A DNA stretch of 62,982 bases, filler included, from Choristocarpus tenellus KU-1152 (Eukaryota > Protista > Phaeophyceae), in assembly GCA_964200185.2 (NCBI GenBank). It is 11 parts of 11 records of this genome, joined end to end, with 100 filler letters (N's around TTAATTAATTAA, not from the genome) between each part and the next. Parts side by side here need not be neighbours in the genome. Positions count along the whole stretch, not along the records: positions 36,646 to 44,177 come from CAXNAD020006008.1; positions 44,278 to 53,804 come from CAXNAD020003605.1; positions 53,905 to 57,088 come from CAXNAD020021704.1; 8 more parts are not named here. One strand, 5' to 3'. Positions 40,439 through 54,333 of the stretch are shown piece by piece. Position numbers and translations under genes: made by a program. The first letter of the stretch is position 1; each line of letters opens with the position of its first letter. A model generated the notes under the pieces. It saw only the letters and a list, made by a program, of their open reading frames with translations, made no database searches and had not been told where the DNA came from.

Positions 40439-40889
40439 ATATGCGTTAGGATGATTCGGTGTGACACCCAGTCGTATGTATCCGAATGTATCCTAAGAAA
40501 GAACACTTTCTCTCTCTCAAACCTTACCTGTGATGTAGGAGAGACCTCCACAATTACAGACATGCGGTTGCACGAGAGAGGGTACTTTAACATGCGATGA
40601 CCAGTGTCTGCCCGAGGGTTCTTAGTCGCCTCTCTGCAGTGCCCATTCAGAAAAACCGGTCCACCTACTTGGCGCATTCCTCATAGCTCCCCACCTTGGT
40701 CACCCTCCCGACTCTCAAGCCAGGAGAAAGTCATGATGAAGTAGAGGGTGTTAGAACATTTAGTAAACCCCTGTGCTATCGAGCAGGTAGTCAGCTGAGT
40801 AAGTCGTTGTCACCTGAAAATTAAGCGAGGTCGGAAATACAGCCCAACCTAATGCCTTGTATAATGGGTTTAGTGGCGTGAACTCAGCC

Positions 40890-41124
40890 GAGTCAAATTA
40901 GGGGTACCCAGGTTTTACCACTTCGCATTTTAAGCCCTTTTTTTCATATTTTCTATTTCATCCTTTTTTCTATTGTTGAAGTGAAGATTGACTTGAGAGA
41001 TCGATTTCTATTTCCAACAGAATTCAGAAAAAATCCAGTAAGCGTTTGTAAAAAGTAGAATATTGCACATAGTTGTGACCATCCTTAAAAGGCAACCCTG
41101 TTTACATCTCCTATACTTTGGCTC
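40890..41124. mobile_element. MITE family C-related diverged copy
   Basis: Ends are GAGTCAAAT...GGTACCCAGGTTTT and ACTTTGGCTC. The internal AAGATTGACTTGAGA is shared with 22861-22875. Confidence 0.6.
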
Positions 41125-42797
41125 ACTGGTGGGTTAGCCCCGTGGACCCCTGCCACCTTTGAGTACGCCACCATAAATTGCTTCAAGGTATCTTTCGCCA
41201 AACTCATCTCTCATGTTGTAAACAAGAAAAATGCCTCACGACTTGGTACACATCACATCCATAAGAAAGGAGGATTTACTAACCTTGTGTTATTATCTAA
41301 CTCAAGTATACTACCTGAGGATCGAAGAAGCGACCTTGTGGAAGTGGAGGAGTTTTTGTCTTGTTTTTCAGTTATGGGACCTTGCTTAACACTGTCTCTA
41401 AGGTGTCGTTGGTTCGTCATATTACATCTATTTCTAGATTTTTCTATCAGAAACTTGTGACCTCAGCACACTAAACTCGTATTTTGATCGAAAATTCGTC
41501 TAGAAATAAGGAAAGTGATGCATCTACTCCTCAAAAGGGTGAACCCACAATATGTTGTATCCCAACATGATCATGTTGTTGTTAATGTGGAGATACTTTC
41601 GAGAGGAAGGGACGTAACTATAAACGATAGGATCCTAACCAGGTCGGCAAATGCGAAAAGTCGCGTGGGTGGGTCAGACTGGTTTCGCATTTTCTGACAT
41701 GTCCCCGTCTATTTCCAGTAGCCATTGTATCGGCCCATGTCCATTCACCGGACCAGGCCCAACCTATCTGACATGTTATGATCCATGTCCACTAGGTATT
41801 GTATTGGTCCAAGTCCGCCTACCAGCCTAACTTCTTCTTATATGTCCAGATTACACTTAACAGCCTGATCTACTCCCACGGCAATCTGACTCAATCAGAT
41901 CCATCGACCTTGTCCCTTCTGTACGAAGAATGTGTACAACAGGTTGTACGTGAAGTTAGTGGAATGGGGCATAGGTTGTATGTGCACTCTAGAGATCGCC
42001 TTCAAGTGGTACTATAGATCTGTATCACTTTCATCTACGAGAAAAAATATCCTCTCTAACCGTTACCAATTTGCCACTAGATTTTCTTTGCTCCAAGTCA
42101 TGGAGAACATATATTTGTGTACTTAGAAAGTATGAGGATGTACATGAAAAAAAAGTTGACAAAAAATTGATGTACTCCCATATTATTGAAGTATTAGATC
42201 CTTGATTAATTGAGCGTCTTCATGACTTCCACGGGATAATGTACGTGTGAAATCCAGGCCCAACAATAATATTAGATTATCGAATGGATTAGTTCGACTA
42301 CAGGAAGTAATGAATGTGAATTTTTTTGTGTGACTTACATTCCAGAGTATTAGTTTATTAATTGTAGTAACACCAGTGACAGAAATTAATCTACAATTTA
42401 TAAGTTACATTCGCTATCCAAATTCTTCTGGTATGCACACAGGTTCAAACGCAGCTCCGTCTGCTTGACTGCTACCATTTCCATTTCCCGGTCGAACTTA
42501 GTTGTCGCCTTGATAGCTGACAATTTAGACCAAGTGCATCAGTCCCTTCGACTATGACGTCCACGTCTTACTGTAAGTCGACAAGTATGATGGCGAGCCT
42601 GTAGAAATCCTTCTCAGATTGATAATTTGTACTATCAGCACTATGATATAGCCTGTCAAATATCGCCAGAAGGGGACTTTGTGCAGGGACTAAGACGCTG
42701 CCTTCCTTCTCTGTCTTTCTGTTGCCTTCTCTTCCCAGCACATTAGAAGATCTAACTCATTACCACCTGTTGAAGCTGTTCCCAAGACTTGCGTGTA

Positions 42798-43159
42798 ACA
42801 GTATGTTCGTGAGATCAGGAACGGATTATGAGATAAGGAATGAGAAATATTTCGAAACCATCCTGCAGGCCGCCGATCAATTTCAGTGTGAAAGCTTTCA
42901 AATGGCCAGATTAGCAAAAGCATGTCTCAATCCACAAGTAACAGCTTACAAATTTGGCGATTTGAACCCTTTTTCACAAAAATATCGATGATCTCTCCCT
43001 CTTGTGTTCGCAAGCTTTCACTTCCAAAAACCGACGACTTCAAGAATCTGGCCATTTGAAAGCTTTCACACTGAAATTGATCGGCGGCCTGCAGGATGGT
43101 TTCGAAATATTTCTCATTCCTTATCTCATAATCCGTTCCTGATCTCACGAACATACTGT
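42798..43159. mobile_element. Young foldback/MITE element with perfect 115-bp terminal inverted repeats
   Basis: 42798-42912 is the exact reverse complement of 43045-43159, around a 132-bp spacer. The 4-bp direct repeat TGTA flanks both ends. Confidence 0.9.
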
Positions 43160-44277
43160 TGTAGGTAGAACTTGACCATATGAGAGAGATAATAATAGTG
43201 GGGTCAGCATCAATAGAGCCTCCGACCATTGGCTGGGAAACTCCCCTCCCACACTAAAGAGTATTCTCAATGTACTCATCATTAATTTTTCTACTAGATT
43301 CCTCCACTGTTGTTGTTAGAATGCACGGGGTTCAATTCCGGTCAAGGACATACTTTCATCTCAAGGAAAAGTGTTTTTGATGAATCGCGAGGTAAGTGTA
43401 GTGGAGCAGAGGTACAACTGTACCCCCCTCCTGCACTCTGTCTCGTTAAACCACAAAGTTAAAGAAAGAAGCATCAAAAACCTGAAATGTGGTGGCAAAG
43501 CTTCATTGTGACCCAGGTGAATACTGGAGAGGATCCATTGGTTGATTTGGAGCAGCAGGCAGTGAGATAAAAGAGACCAAAGAGCGAGAAAAAGCCAAGG
43601 CACGAATGATGAGTGCATGCAATTATTAGTCTCAAGTGTAACAGTTCATAGTTAAGGAGAATTGGTCAGGTGTGTCGTGCCATGGGCTATAAATGCGTCA
43701 GGGCTAGGTAGGGTCGGACCTAGTAGTTCCTAGTCCCAGACTAACAAGTTGAGTCAACAATAATAATACAAATGATAGTAGTAGTACTACTACTACTACT
43801 AATATTGATAATATCAGTAACAATAGTAACAATAATAATAGTAACATTGATAGGTGTGTTGTAGTCGAGCCAATCCAACTGAGAGGTAGGCAGGGTTGCA
43901 TTGTAAGGATCCCGAGAAAGGGCGAAAATATGCTATTTCGAACAACGCCAGAAAGAGCCTTTGTTGAATTGTGTCTTTACTTTTTGTGTGGAAAGGGCAA
44001 CATCAATTTTGCGTACGCTATTACGCACATAATGCAATGAAATGGTGTATTGGCCAGGGTAAGAAATACTATTTAAAATGTGAAAGTTGCCAAAACTATC
44101 TACCTCTCTATTGTTAACAGTTGATTTTAAAAATTGAGGATGGAGTGTACTATTGAGGATGGTTTTGACCGAAAATGNNNNNNNNNNNNNNNNNNNNNNN
44201 NNNNNNNNNNNNNNNNNNNNNTTAATTAATTAANNNNNNNNNNNNNNNNNNNNNNNNNNNNNNNNNNNNNNNNNNNN

Positions 44278-47200
44278 GGGCAAGGCCCTTCCTCCCCTAA
44301 CCCTCTCCACTCTCTCCACAGGGCCCCCCAGTACAATGGGTCCCCTATGCATCATTGGACGGTCATCAATTGGCACAGGTGGGGGGGGCAATCCTCCTCT
44401 ATCAAGGTCTGCATGCTTACGGATGACACCCTGTATGGCATGAGAGTACAGGCAAGACATGTGTAGGGTGAGGAGTGCTGGTGTTAGTGTGGGGTGGGGG
44501 GGACAGTGGGTGAAAAAAATCAGACGTTTCACTGCAGATAACCCCAAACTGGATAACCTTGAAGAGCTCTAAGCTCAGAGATATTTATATGATTGCATCA
44601 GAAGGTCATTGTTTATAGTCATGTTCAGTCATCTTGAGAAAATACACATGAACAGGAAAATCTTCCGGCTCATTTGCAAAACATTAAACAAAAAAACCAT
44701 TTGATTCGGAGAAGTGGGAAAAACTATTTCAACCAACGGTTCTTTCGGAGCATAAGGAATGGCTGCACAACACAACCAGAAAACCCTTAACTCAAATATA
44801 AGCAGTTGGTTTCGGAAGAGGAGACGGGGTGGGGAGTATTTTCAGACACACATGGGCTCCAATATATCAATATCATACCTACAGTGCTCTAACAGTTGAC
44901 CATAACACAGAAAGGTAACATGCAGTGTTGTGAATCAATATAATTTATCGGTGTTTTAATAATTGACTCAAAACAATAAATCAAATTGACAAAATCAAGC
45001 ATGTGAAATGACGAGTGTTGCTAGGAAGTTAATAGCAAATTGTGCAGAACAGGTACAAAAAAGAAACATTCAACTCATCGGAAAATTCCAATCACTATCT
45101 AGATTATTCTTCAATCAAGCAAATCAACAACTGAATCATTCCAATGAACAATAGAAACATGGGCGGAGGATGGGGAAGGGAGGATGACTAACCATGAAGT
45201 AGGCTGAGACCTTGCGGATGTATCCCCTGTCCACTGTACTAAACTCATCAATGGCTTGAATAGCCACAGACTCTGGAACCTCACAGAGAAACTTTCGACA
45301 CCTATAAAAAAGAGTTAAAAAAAGAGTTAAAAGCAGTGTTGGCAAAACCGTAATGGGACGATTGACATCCTGCTAACATTATAGACCTATTGTAAAAAAA
45401 TGGTTCTTCCAAGTTTGACGACTTGACCTTAAAAAATCAAAAGAACTTTGAGATCATGCAGGACCTCAAAACCAGTCTTTTGGCGAACATTATAATTGGA
45501 ATATATTGTAACTGCAACGAGTGAAACACCATAAATACAGGAGAACCACATTAGTCAGATATACTTCTACAGTACCAAAATGGACAGGCAAACCTTGAGG
45601 CATACTTCTAGCCAACTACATTATCATTATGCTAGGTAGAAATAGGGATGTGTATTATCCTCACCACTGTAGCTCCAATGTAGTATAGTAAGAATACATT
45701 GGTAACTCAACCAGCAAAGGATCAAAAGAAGGGAGTGGCGGCGGCACAAAATAACACCCCATCCACCCTCCCAAACACTCATTCCACAAACCTCCTAGTG
45801 AATGAGAAATCAAGCACTTCAATAGTACACCAGCAACAACAAAAAAATACCAATGACATAGACAAGAAAACCAAATGCATTGAAGAAAAAATGTTGTCTA
45901 CATAAAAATATAAACTACTGTTTAAACCGTACAACGTACACAAATAAAAATGCAAAACCACACACAAAACACAAAAACTTAGATAATCTCACCACACCCA
46001 CACCCACAGACCAAGAAACTGTAACAAAAACAAAGTTCAACAAAATATAATTACCTGTCGTCAATCTCTTCAGGGTGGCAAAAACCAGTCTCAAATAGGT
46101 GTTCAAGGCGGTACTCAATATTAGGGGGAAGTGGCTCCGGGCCATCCATAGGAAGCGGAACTACTGGGCCTCCACGCCCCGCATAGGGCAAGTTATGACT
46201 GGGGCGCCCGTTGGTATACGGATCAGGTCTGTGACTATTGGTGTATGGGGTACCCCTCTCAAAATGCTGTAATTCCACCACAAGGTTTAACATTGTCAGT
46301 GCAGAAGCAATTTTTAGAGGGGGGAAGGGAAGGGAGAGGATTGATATATTAGGGATGGGGTTATGTATGAGATGATCACCTACAGCAATTTCTAGAATCG
46401 GATGACATCATCCTACATAGTCAGCACAAGGGCTATTAACAGCAAATATGGCTGATAGCATTCAATTCTCCATATAACTATTGGTTCTTAACCTACTTTC
46501 AGTAGTGGAAAAAAAAGTTTTTACTCTTAAAATGTATGTTTCCTGCAAAAGAGTGGAAAACAAAAAAATTACAACAAGCAGATATGTGTCAAAACTATTA
46601 GGTGATATTACTGACACTAGCAGCACATGTTCCATAGGAACATACCTCCACCAACATATATTGATCACAAACTATGGAATACTTCTATACCATGCCATAC
46701 TACAGGGATGCCAACATTTTTTCCAATAGCATTGATCACTTACGCAAAATCCATCCTCCCACCCTATGAACCAAACAAGGGTTAGCACACAGATAGAAAC
46801 ACCTAACACACCTGCGAAGGTCTATAAACCCTTGAACACAGCTCAAGCTTCCCTAATCCTCCATTACTCTCACCTACCTGTCCTTAATCCCTTCTCTCTC
46901 CTTTTACACCACACCACACTTCGAATCTGCACAAAAAATATCCATATATGACACCAAAAACTGTATGGAGAGGAGATAAATCAACCCCATCTCACGCACT
47001 CATTATAACCTCTCACTGCAATCCCACAACAACTAGGATCAGAAATAACCACAGGTCTCACCAGTAAGCTCATATTCAACCCTGTCCAACAAAAAAAAAC
47101 TGAACATCAATTCTTTACCCTACCTTTCCACCTTCCTACCTACACAATTCTCCTCACACACCAAGTTTGAAAATATGACCTCACACCCCCAACCCCATCC

Positions 47201-50200
47201 CTACCTGTTCCCGCATGGGAGGATCAGGTCCAGCCCCATATGGGCCTACCACTGGGACATCCCTGTAGCCACTACCACCACGTTCTACACCCCCATAACC
47301 ACGTTCATAGCCCAAAGTACGGCCCCCATAGCCACCCCCACCTCCTCCCATAGGGACTCCTTGCTGGTGATGTTTCCTGCATAGAGGTAGGGGAAGAAAT
47401 AGGCAAAGAAACTCTAGCAAATACTTTTGTTTACAAAGATATTAAAAGAAAAAAGAACCTCCAAGATAGGGGGAGGGGGAGGAAACCTTACAAGTTGTGG
47501 GCAAAGTGTCACCATTTCAATAAGCCAAAGGAGACTTCGTAACAGAGCTGATTATTCACCTCCTTCCACACAATACGGAAATTCACATTTCGCTTCAGTC
47601 AGAGACAATTAAAATAAGAACAAGTATTTCCCTTGTCAATGGTCAGAATCAACACCTTCAGGCACGCCCTTCAACTTTTCCCACCATCTTGCACACACTC
47701 AAAGGTTCCTTTAACACTATTTTGAACAAAGCTGGAGATACACATAATTGATAATCAAGAATTGGTTTGAAAAAAGGATCAGAAGAAAAACATCGTCTGA
47801 TTTGGTGATATCCTCGTTACTAGTTTAAAATGAGCCTAGCAGGACATTTTTCAATCACCACAATCCATCAAGAACTATGTTAAAATAGGGCCAAAAAAAT
47901 GAACTTTCTATACCATCCCTCCCAAGTTCCTCCAAATAAAAGGACTGCCCATCTTACGAAATTCTACATACCTTCCACATCAAGACTCTATGGATAGTAC
48001 CACAGCATGTTTAGTAAAATTGTGTTGGAAACAGTGTTAACAAACTCTTCTACGGCATTAAAGCATACTGCTTACTTACCTATCCCAAAATATGCAACAC
48101 AGTGCAATCCTGCAGGGGCAGTCCATGCCCCATACAGTAACAATCCCCTGTTCAATGCCACACATTGAAAGGCGACATCCAGTCCTATCAGGCATAAAAT
48201 TGTGTCTTGTACATTCCAAACACCTACTTCTACTGTCTTGTCAAACTTGACACACATTTCACTCCAAACTGCACCCACACAGAAGAAATGAAAACCTAAA
48301 AAGATACCAACCCAATTACAGCACTAATACCTGAGAATGGACATGAGGAAAGCACTCTTGTTTCTGATAGATGCAATGTCACTCTGGGAGAACTCATCCA
48401 TTGCTGCATCTGCCTCAGCCTTGGTCAGATCTTGGAAGAAGTCAAGGCACCTTGAAAAATACATTCAGTGGATATTCGCAACTATCAAAAAACATACCAA
48501 GGGGGGTACAAATTTAATCCGCACTAAATGATGAGTAAACAAGAAAATTAATACCTGAAAAAAATGTAACACATGCTAAATGTGTACATATGCATGCACA
48601 AGTGTCTTGTGATACGAACATCACATCAATGCAATCCTTGTTTTTATAAAAAATCAATATCAAATTACTCAACTACTACTATTGTTACCCTTGAACACAT
48701 TGGTCAATAGACAGCCCCTCTATTGCTGGCACCATCTATACTCACATAACTTATACTGTCTTCATCATTAAACACATCAGAGATTACAAACACACTTAAC
48801 AAGATCTCCAATCCCAGCAATCACACACAAAATACAAAGTATTCAGGCATTCATCCACTAACCTCTGGTCCACATCACTGCGTTGAACAAACTGAGACTT
48901 GAAAAGCTTCTCTAGACGATTGCGGATGGAGGGGACAAGGCCACCTGGTCCAGTCTGCACGTCAAACCAAGACAAACAGGACTCCATTTTACTTTTCAAC
49001 GCTTGATGCATATTCGAAGTTTGATACATAATATAAATCAGCAAGAGAATCAGACTTCAATAACTCAATAAATGGCTGGATATGGCAAAAACAAACGCAC
49101 TCCCTTGTGTCAAATCAAGAAACAGTGTACAAATCACCCACACGCAGCCCATATATATGCCCATATGTGTGCATTAACCTGTGAATATCAGGGACCCAAA
49201 TTTCTGTATACCATAAGTGATAGCCTATCAGTGGCTTCACCATATACAATACACCCACTTTCACGCGATTTCATTTCTAAATACCACAAGAATAGCAAAT
49301 AACAAGGCCCTACAAGGTTGAACTTTCACTGCTGTGTCAGTTTCTGACCGTGAAGGTTTGTCCAACCATATACGATAGCATATGTAACTGCAAGATATGT
49401 TGAAACAGTCACAAATTTCATCGATGCATTTGCCACGGGGAGAAATGATTGTGAAGGGAGTTTTGGTGGCAGGTTTCGGTTTTGCAAAAAATATTGGTAT
49501 GCATAAGAAATATTGTCAGCACAGTTACAGATGTCGTTTCATTTGACCTCATGGTATGTTCCGGTCTACTGTTTGACTTCTGATTTTGATGATGCAGCCG
49601 CCACTGTACCTATTTTGACAATGGTTAACAATCATAGCAGTATGAACCTTCCACAGTGATTGTTCACAGCAATGATGGGGGCTATAAATCATCATTGTAA
49701 AGGAGAGTCAATCAACAAAACAAACAGAAGGGTATGACTCCGCGGGACGCAAGTCAGTCCCCTGACACTGGATTTCCATCAAGAAAGGAATTGGAGACTG
49801 GTGGACCTGTGTAATGCTATACATTCACCCCTGAACATCACAACGAATTCCACATGTACCTTCAACGCAGTTTCATTCTTAGTCATACCATACAGCCAAC
49901 AAAAACAATGCTTCCCTAGCTCCTTGCCCACCTTCATAGGCCCAAGCTAAGTTAGAAGCATAGAGCATACAGATTACTTCATAGAGAAAAATCTCCCAGG
50001 GGACATTGTTGTATTGTTAGTTTCAAATAGTACATATTTTAGCATTGACAACAACTGATGCAATTACAGCAGTCCTTGTAATATAGTATTGGTCTTTCCC
50101 TGATACACCAGTAAAATGACAGAGGGCATAACAATGAAACGAACTGAAACCCCATTTAGAACACGATGTATAGCCAACCCCACGATCTACACCCATTATT

Positions 50201-53151
50201 ATCACGGTATGCATGTTTCCCGCTTTCTAAAAAAAATGCACACCATATATTATATTTGATGTGTGGATATTATAGGGAGGTGTCTTAGCACTGGTAACAA
50301 CTGTTGTATTTACAATAGTCCTTCCAATATGGTTTTGGTTTTCCCCCCCATATACATATGGAAAATACCAGAGGGTATATAATAGCATATAATGTGCATG
50401 TATCATCTAGGTTTCAATGCGCATATCATGCCATTGACATTTACTGTAGTACAATAATAATACCCGGGTGCAAAGTCGAAGATTGAAGACTATTAGGAAG
50501 ATTCACCACTAATACTACACTGACATAAAAAATAAACTCAACACTATGTAGTTGCCGATCTTGCATTCTTGTACTTGTACGGTCTGTGTACCACAGGACA
50601 GTACATTTACAGGAAGTGCACTCCAGCACTGCCTGGTTATGCTATGGTCAAGGTTTCTGAAGACCTGGAGGGTACATGTCATCATAATAGAATACAATCT
50701 GGACAGTAGGGTACGGCAAGGTAAACAGCAACCATGGACACCACAATATGGTTGGGGAATTCTGACTGTTGTGCACAATTTCTTCAGTTTACCTTAAACA
50801 TACAGAGACAAGAGGTTTGCGTAAATACATTCAAAGACGAGGTTGTACTCTAGCACCAACACTGTTCACAAGCATAATCAACATGGAGATATATTCTACG
50901 AAATCAAACTTGGAGAACATTCCTGCCACACTACTCAAGCAGTACTGCTTGGCGATGTTAGACACTCAAACATTTTGCTACCACTACCATTTCGGGGCAC
51001 TGACAACAGCATAAGCCAATAGTTTGTGCAGACGTTAATCTCAATCAACCCTGCCTGTCACAGTTCAGACTAAAAGTATCGTCACCACGGAGAGCAGTGT
51101 AAGGAGGGTAGGTTTCTCCATCAACCAGTCACCTTGAAAATAAATTGGCGCTTTTCAGTCAACTGAAAACAAAGTGTTTGACAGGTGGTAGGGTAGATAC
51201 TCCTCGAGACATATTTCAATTATGTCATCCTTCGCCATAACTCCAAATTCCTATCTTACACTGTGATACTGACTGTCTACACATCTTGAACCCTACCCCA
51301 AACGATTTCAAAGGCGGATGGGCAAGATATAATATATTTATCAAAAAATGACATTGGTTCTTTTTGGTTGTTCATGGGCGAATGTAATACGAAGTGAAAA
51401 GGGAGGTAGGTACGAAAGTCTACCCAATGCAGATAATTGATACCGCCAAAATTTGGTACCTCTGGTGTGAACATTACTTGACAAACATTACCAAGTTAGA
51501 AAGCATGTTGTTAAACCATCATGGGTCAAGAGGGAAGCTGATACTTGAACAAAAAGCAACCTGCACAGCTGTTCAAATGTTCTCCTTCTGTCAGAAGTCA
51601 CCCCATGCACTTGACAAGGAGTAATTCCCATCAAATTTGAAAGAATCAACAACAGACACCAATCCTAACCCTCTGTAACGAACTGTCATGCAAGAGATGA
51701 TGCCATTTACTACCAATGAGACAGAAGATACATTTAGAAAAACCAGGGTAATCTACCCCTTGAATAGTTAATATGTTTCTGAAATCTACTAGAAAGATAC
51801 CATTCCAGCAAATGCCATTCTTTCTATGAACAAGTTTGAAAAGGGGGAAATATGAACGATACTACGCACAAATAAGTATGAGGCTCTGGGCATGCAAGTA
51901 ATTTTACCTCAGGATTAAAATCTTATTCTCTCGATACTCCATTTTAATCTTAACATACACTATCACCTGGAGTATAATTAAAAGGGGCATGCTTCACATC
52001 TCACAACTGATGATTTCTCTGGATATTGGGTAATAATGTTATTTAAAAGAATGTAGTCATTAAATACCCACAAATAGTGCACACTTCAAGGGGGCTGTTG
52101 ATTGACAAAGGGTAGGCAGGAGGAAGAAAGCACTTGAATTTCCAAAGGGAGAACATGACACGCGATTATACATTACCGGAATAGACAAGGTAGTAGAGTG
52201 CGCCCTTGTCTTATACAAAGCGAAATTGTTCTTCTATACGACCAGTGCAGCATGTTTCTTGTAATACCACAAGGCATCGAACAGAGCGTATCCTGGAATC
52301 AACCTCAGGGCGCAAACGATAAGAGGAATGGGAGTCCAATACAGTAATGCTGAGTAAATCTCTGGTGCGAATTTTACTCACCCCCATGCGCCCCATAGTG
52401 TTTCGACCGTGTTCTATAGGTAAGCCTGTCCCTGTCCCGCTTGCCGTAGGCGCACGCTGGCCTTGCTTGTATTTCCTAAGGATGCCCATTAGGTAAGCGG
52501 GCTTGTTGCGAATCTGGACGCTAGTCTCATTCACCGCCGAGTGGTACTCGTTCAGTGCCGCGAGAGCCTACATTCATGGGGAGTGAGGTAGGTGAGAAAG
52601 TACTGGCGGTGTGGTGTGGGGAACAGAAATCAGCAGGAAGAAAAAAGGAAAAGGAGCGAAAAGGAAAAATCAAGCCACAGCATCACTTCCTGTGAGCATC
52701 CTGACATAAAGAAGAGCATATCCCGAGAGCTATGGTTCCAGAATGGAGACAGAGGTGCTAGGGTGAAAGGTTCACTTTCAGGGTCAAGAGATGAGTACTT
52801 AAGTCTATGCTGGGGTGGCATTGGACACTACGACAGCATTGATCAGTACCCAAAACTCAAACAATAGTCCTTCGCCAACCCAAATTATTACCACACTTCA
52901 CGAAAAGCGAGTGCGAAAGGATTTCCCGATCCTCTACACCTAACCTGGACCTCCTCAACCTCTGCTAGGAAGTTGAGGAGACGCCCGTCCTCCCTCATTG
53001 CGGTGTCCTCGCTTCTGTGAAACACGTCGTCCATCCGTATCCGAACAGAGCGCGGTAGCTGTTCGATGCTAGTGATCGGCATCGGAAGTTCAGCCCCATT
53101 ATCACGTCCGTTCCCATTACCATGTTGGTGGTGACCATGAATACCAGACAT
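44278..53151 (-). CDS. Protein with at least three tandem hnRNP Q/R (SYNCRIP) acidic-domain (NURR) repeats and G/Y/R/P-rich linkers; 3' part missing
   Basis: Exons 53151-52945, 52567-52382, 48954-48863, 48450-48331, 47376-47205, 46266-46055, 45301-45193 and 44430-44278 splice in frame. The repeats end IRNKPAYLMGILRKY, IRNKSAFLMSILRKH and IRKVSAYFMGVIRKH, matching hnRNP Q ...DLDER...VQNKSAFLCGVMKTY. Confidence 0.87.
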
Positions 53152-53476
53152 TCTGTCTCTCTCAATTCACCTTCCAAATGAGATTGTTGTTGAGTCTACC
53201 AGACAGGCCACTAGAACTCGGCGCGGAGGAGATGAGCAACCTCCTCAGCAATCTCGTGTATGATCCACAACGGCGTTACTGCAGGTGGTCAAGTCGACTA
53301 AACTTTCTTCCTGCAAAGACTAAGGATCTTTGTCATCGAACCTCCCACCCTCCATTTCCATTATAGAAAACGCGAGCGCGCCAGAAATCACACGACGATT
53401 TTTCCGACTATCTCACATACCACTCAATCATATCGAAAAAGTCAACTACAACACAACGTTGTAAAAATGATATCTA

Positions 53477-53804
53477 AAACCTAATATTTTATATTATAAT
53501 GCCCTCTAACACTTTGCAGATGTGTCAGGGGGGAAACCAATGAAAACTATATATATGTCGTTATTAGCCCTAAAGAAATAATTATCATAAACGTAAGAAC
53601 ACTATAAAACATTGGAAGTGTGGAAACCACTAATCAGTTACTTCACAACTAATATCTTACTACTGTCTTCCTTAGCTTCCCATGTACCTACTCCTGTGCC
53701 CCGGGGGGGGGAGCTAGGGAAGCACCCAAGAATCCAACAGACCCCTCCGTGCCCATCTCCCTGGTGACTCTAGTTTGAAGCGCATGACACGTCGAGAAAA
53801 TGCC
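53477..53804 (-). mobile_element. Second copy of the CRE-like retrotransposon 3' end, cut by the contig edge
   Basis: Colinear with 4965-5295 over about 330 bp and shares the same 3' terminus. Confidence 0.8.
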
Positions 53805-53948
53805 NNNNNNNNNNNNNNNNNNNNNNNNNNNNNNNNNNNNNNNNNNNNTTAATTAATTAANNNNNNNNNNNNNNNNNNNNNNNNNNNNNNNNNNNNNNNN
53901 NNNNCCACCACCGAGATCTACACCCTTTCCCTCCCCGACGCCCTTCCG

Positions 53949-53998
53949 CTCTCTCCCTCTCCCTCTCCCTCTCCCTCTCCCTCTCCCTCTCCCTCTCT
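53949..53998. repeat. (CTCTCC)n hexamer repeat
   Basis: Directly visible. Confidence 0.9.
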
Positions 53999-54333
53999 CA
54001 CAGTTAAAGACCACACCAATCACGCCACAAACCTTCACCCATCAAACCTCCCGACCGCTCCCGATGGGGCCGCCCAAGTAGTGTTTGCTTACAGTAGTAT
54101 CCTACGGTGCTGTTGTGTTTACCAGGTAGAGTATGTTGGTACAGCAGACCACATCCGCCTGCTCGTCGATTGATTTGAGTCAAGTCGCAAGTCTTTTTGG
54201 TAATATACTGTTCACAATCTGTAGCACTTGTATGCTCATCACTCTCTCTGCATCCCTTGGCTTGTCCATGGACAATGATAAACCGTTATTCCCCCGCCCC
54301 GTCCCATCCCAACCACCACCACCACACTCGAAG

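Noticed and set aside
42722-43229. Two opposite-strand ORFs sharing an identical 38-aa peptide (gene duplication or toxin-antitoxin pair)
   Set aside because: This is a by-product of the perfect inverted repeat; there is no coding evidence.
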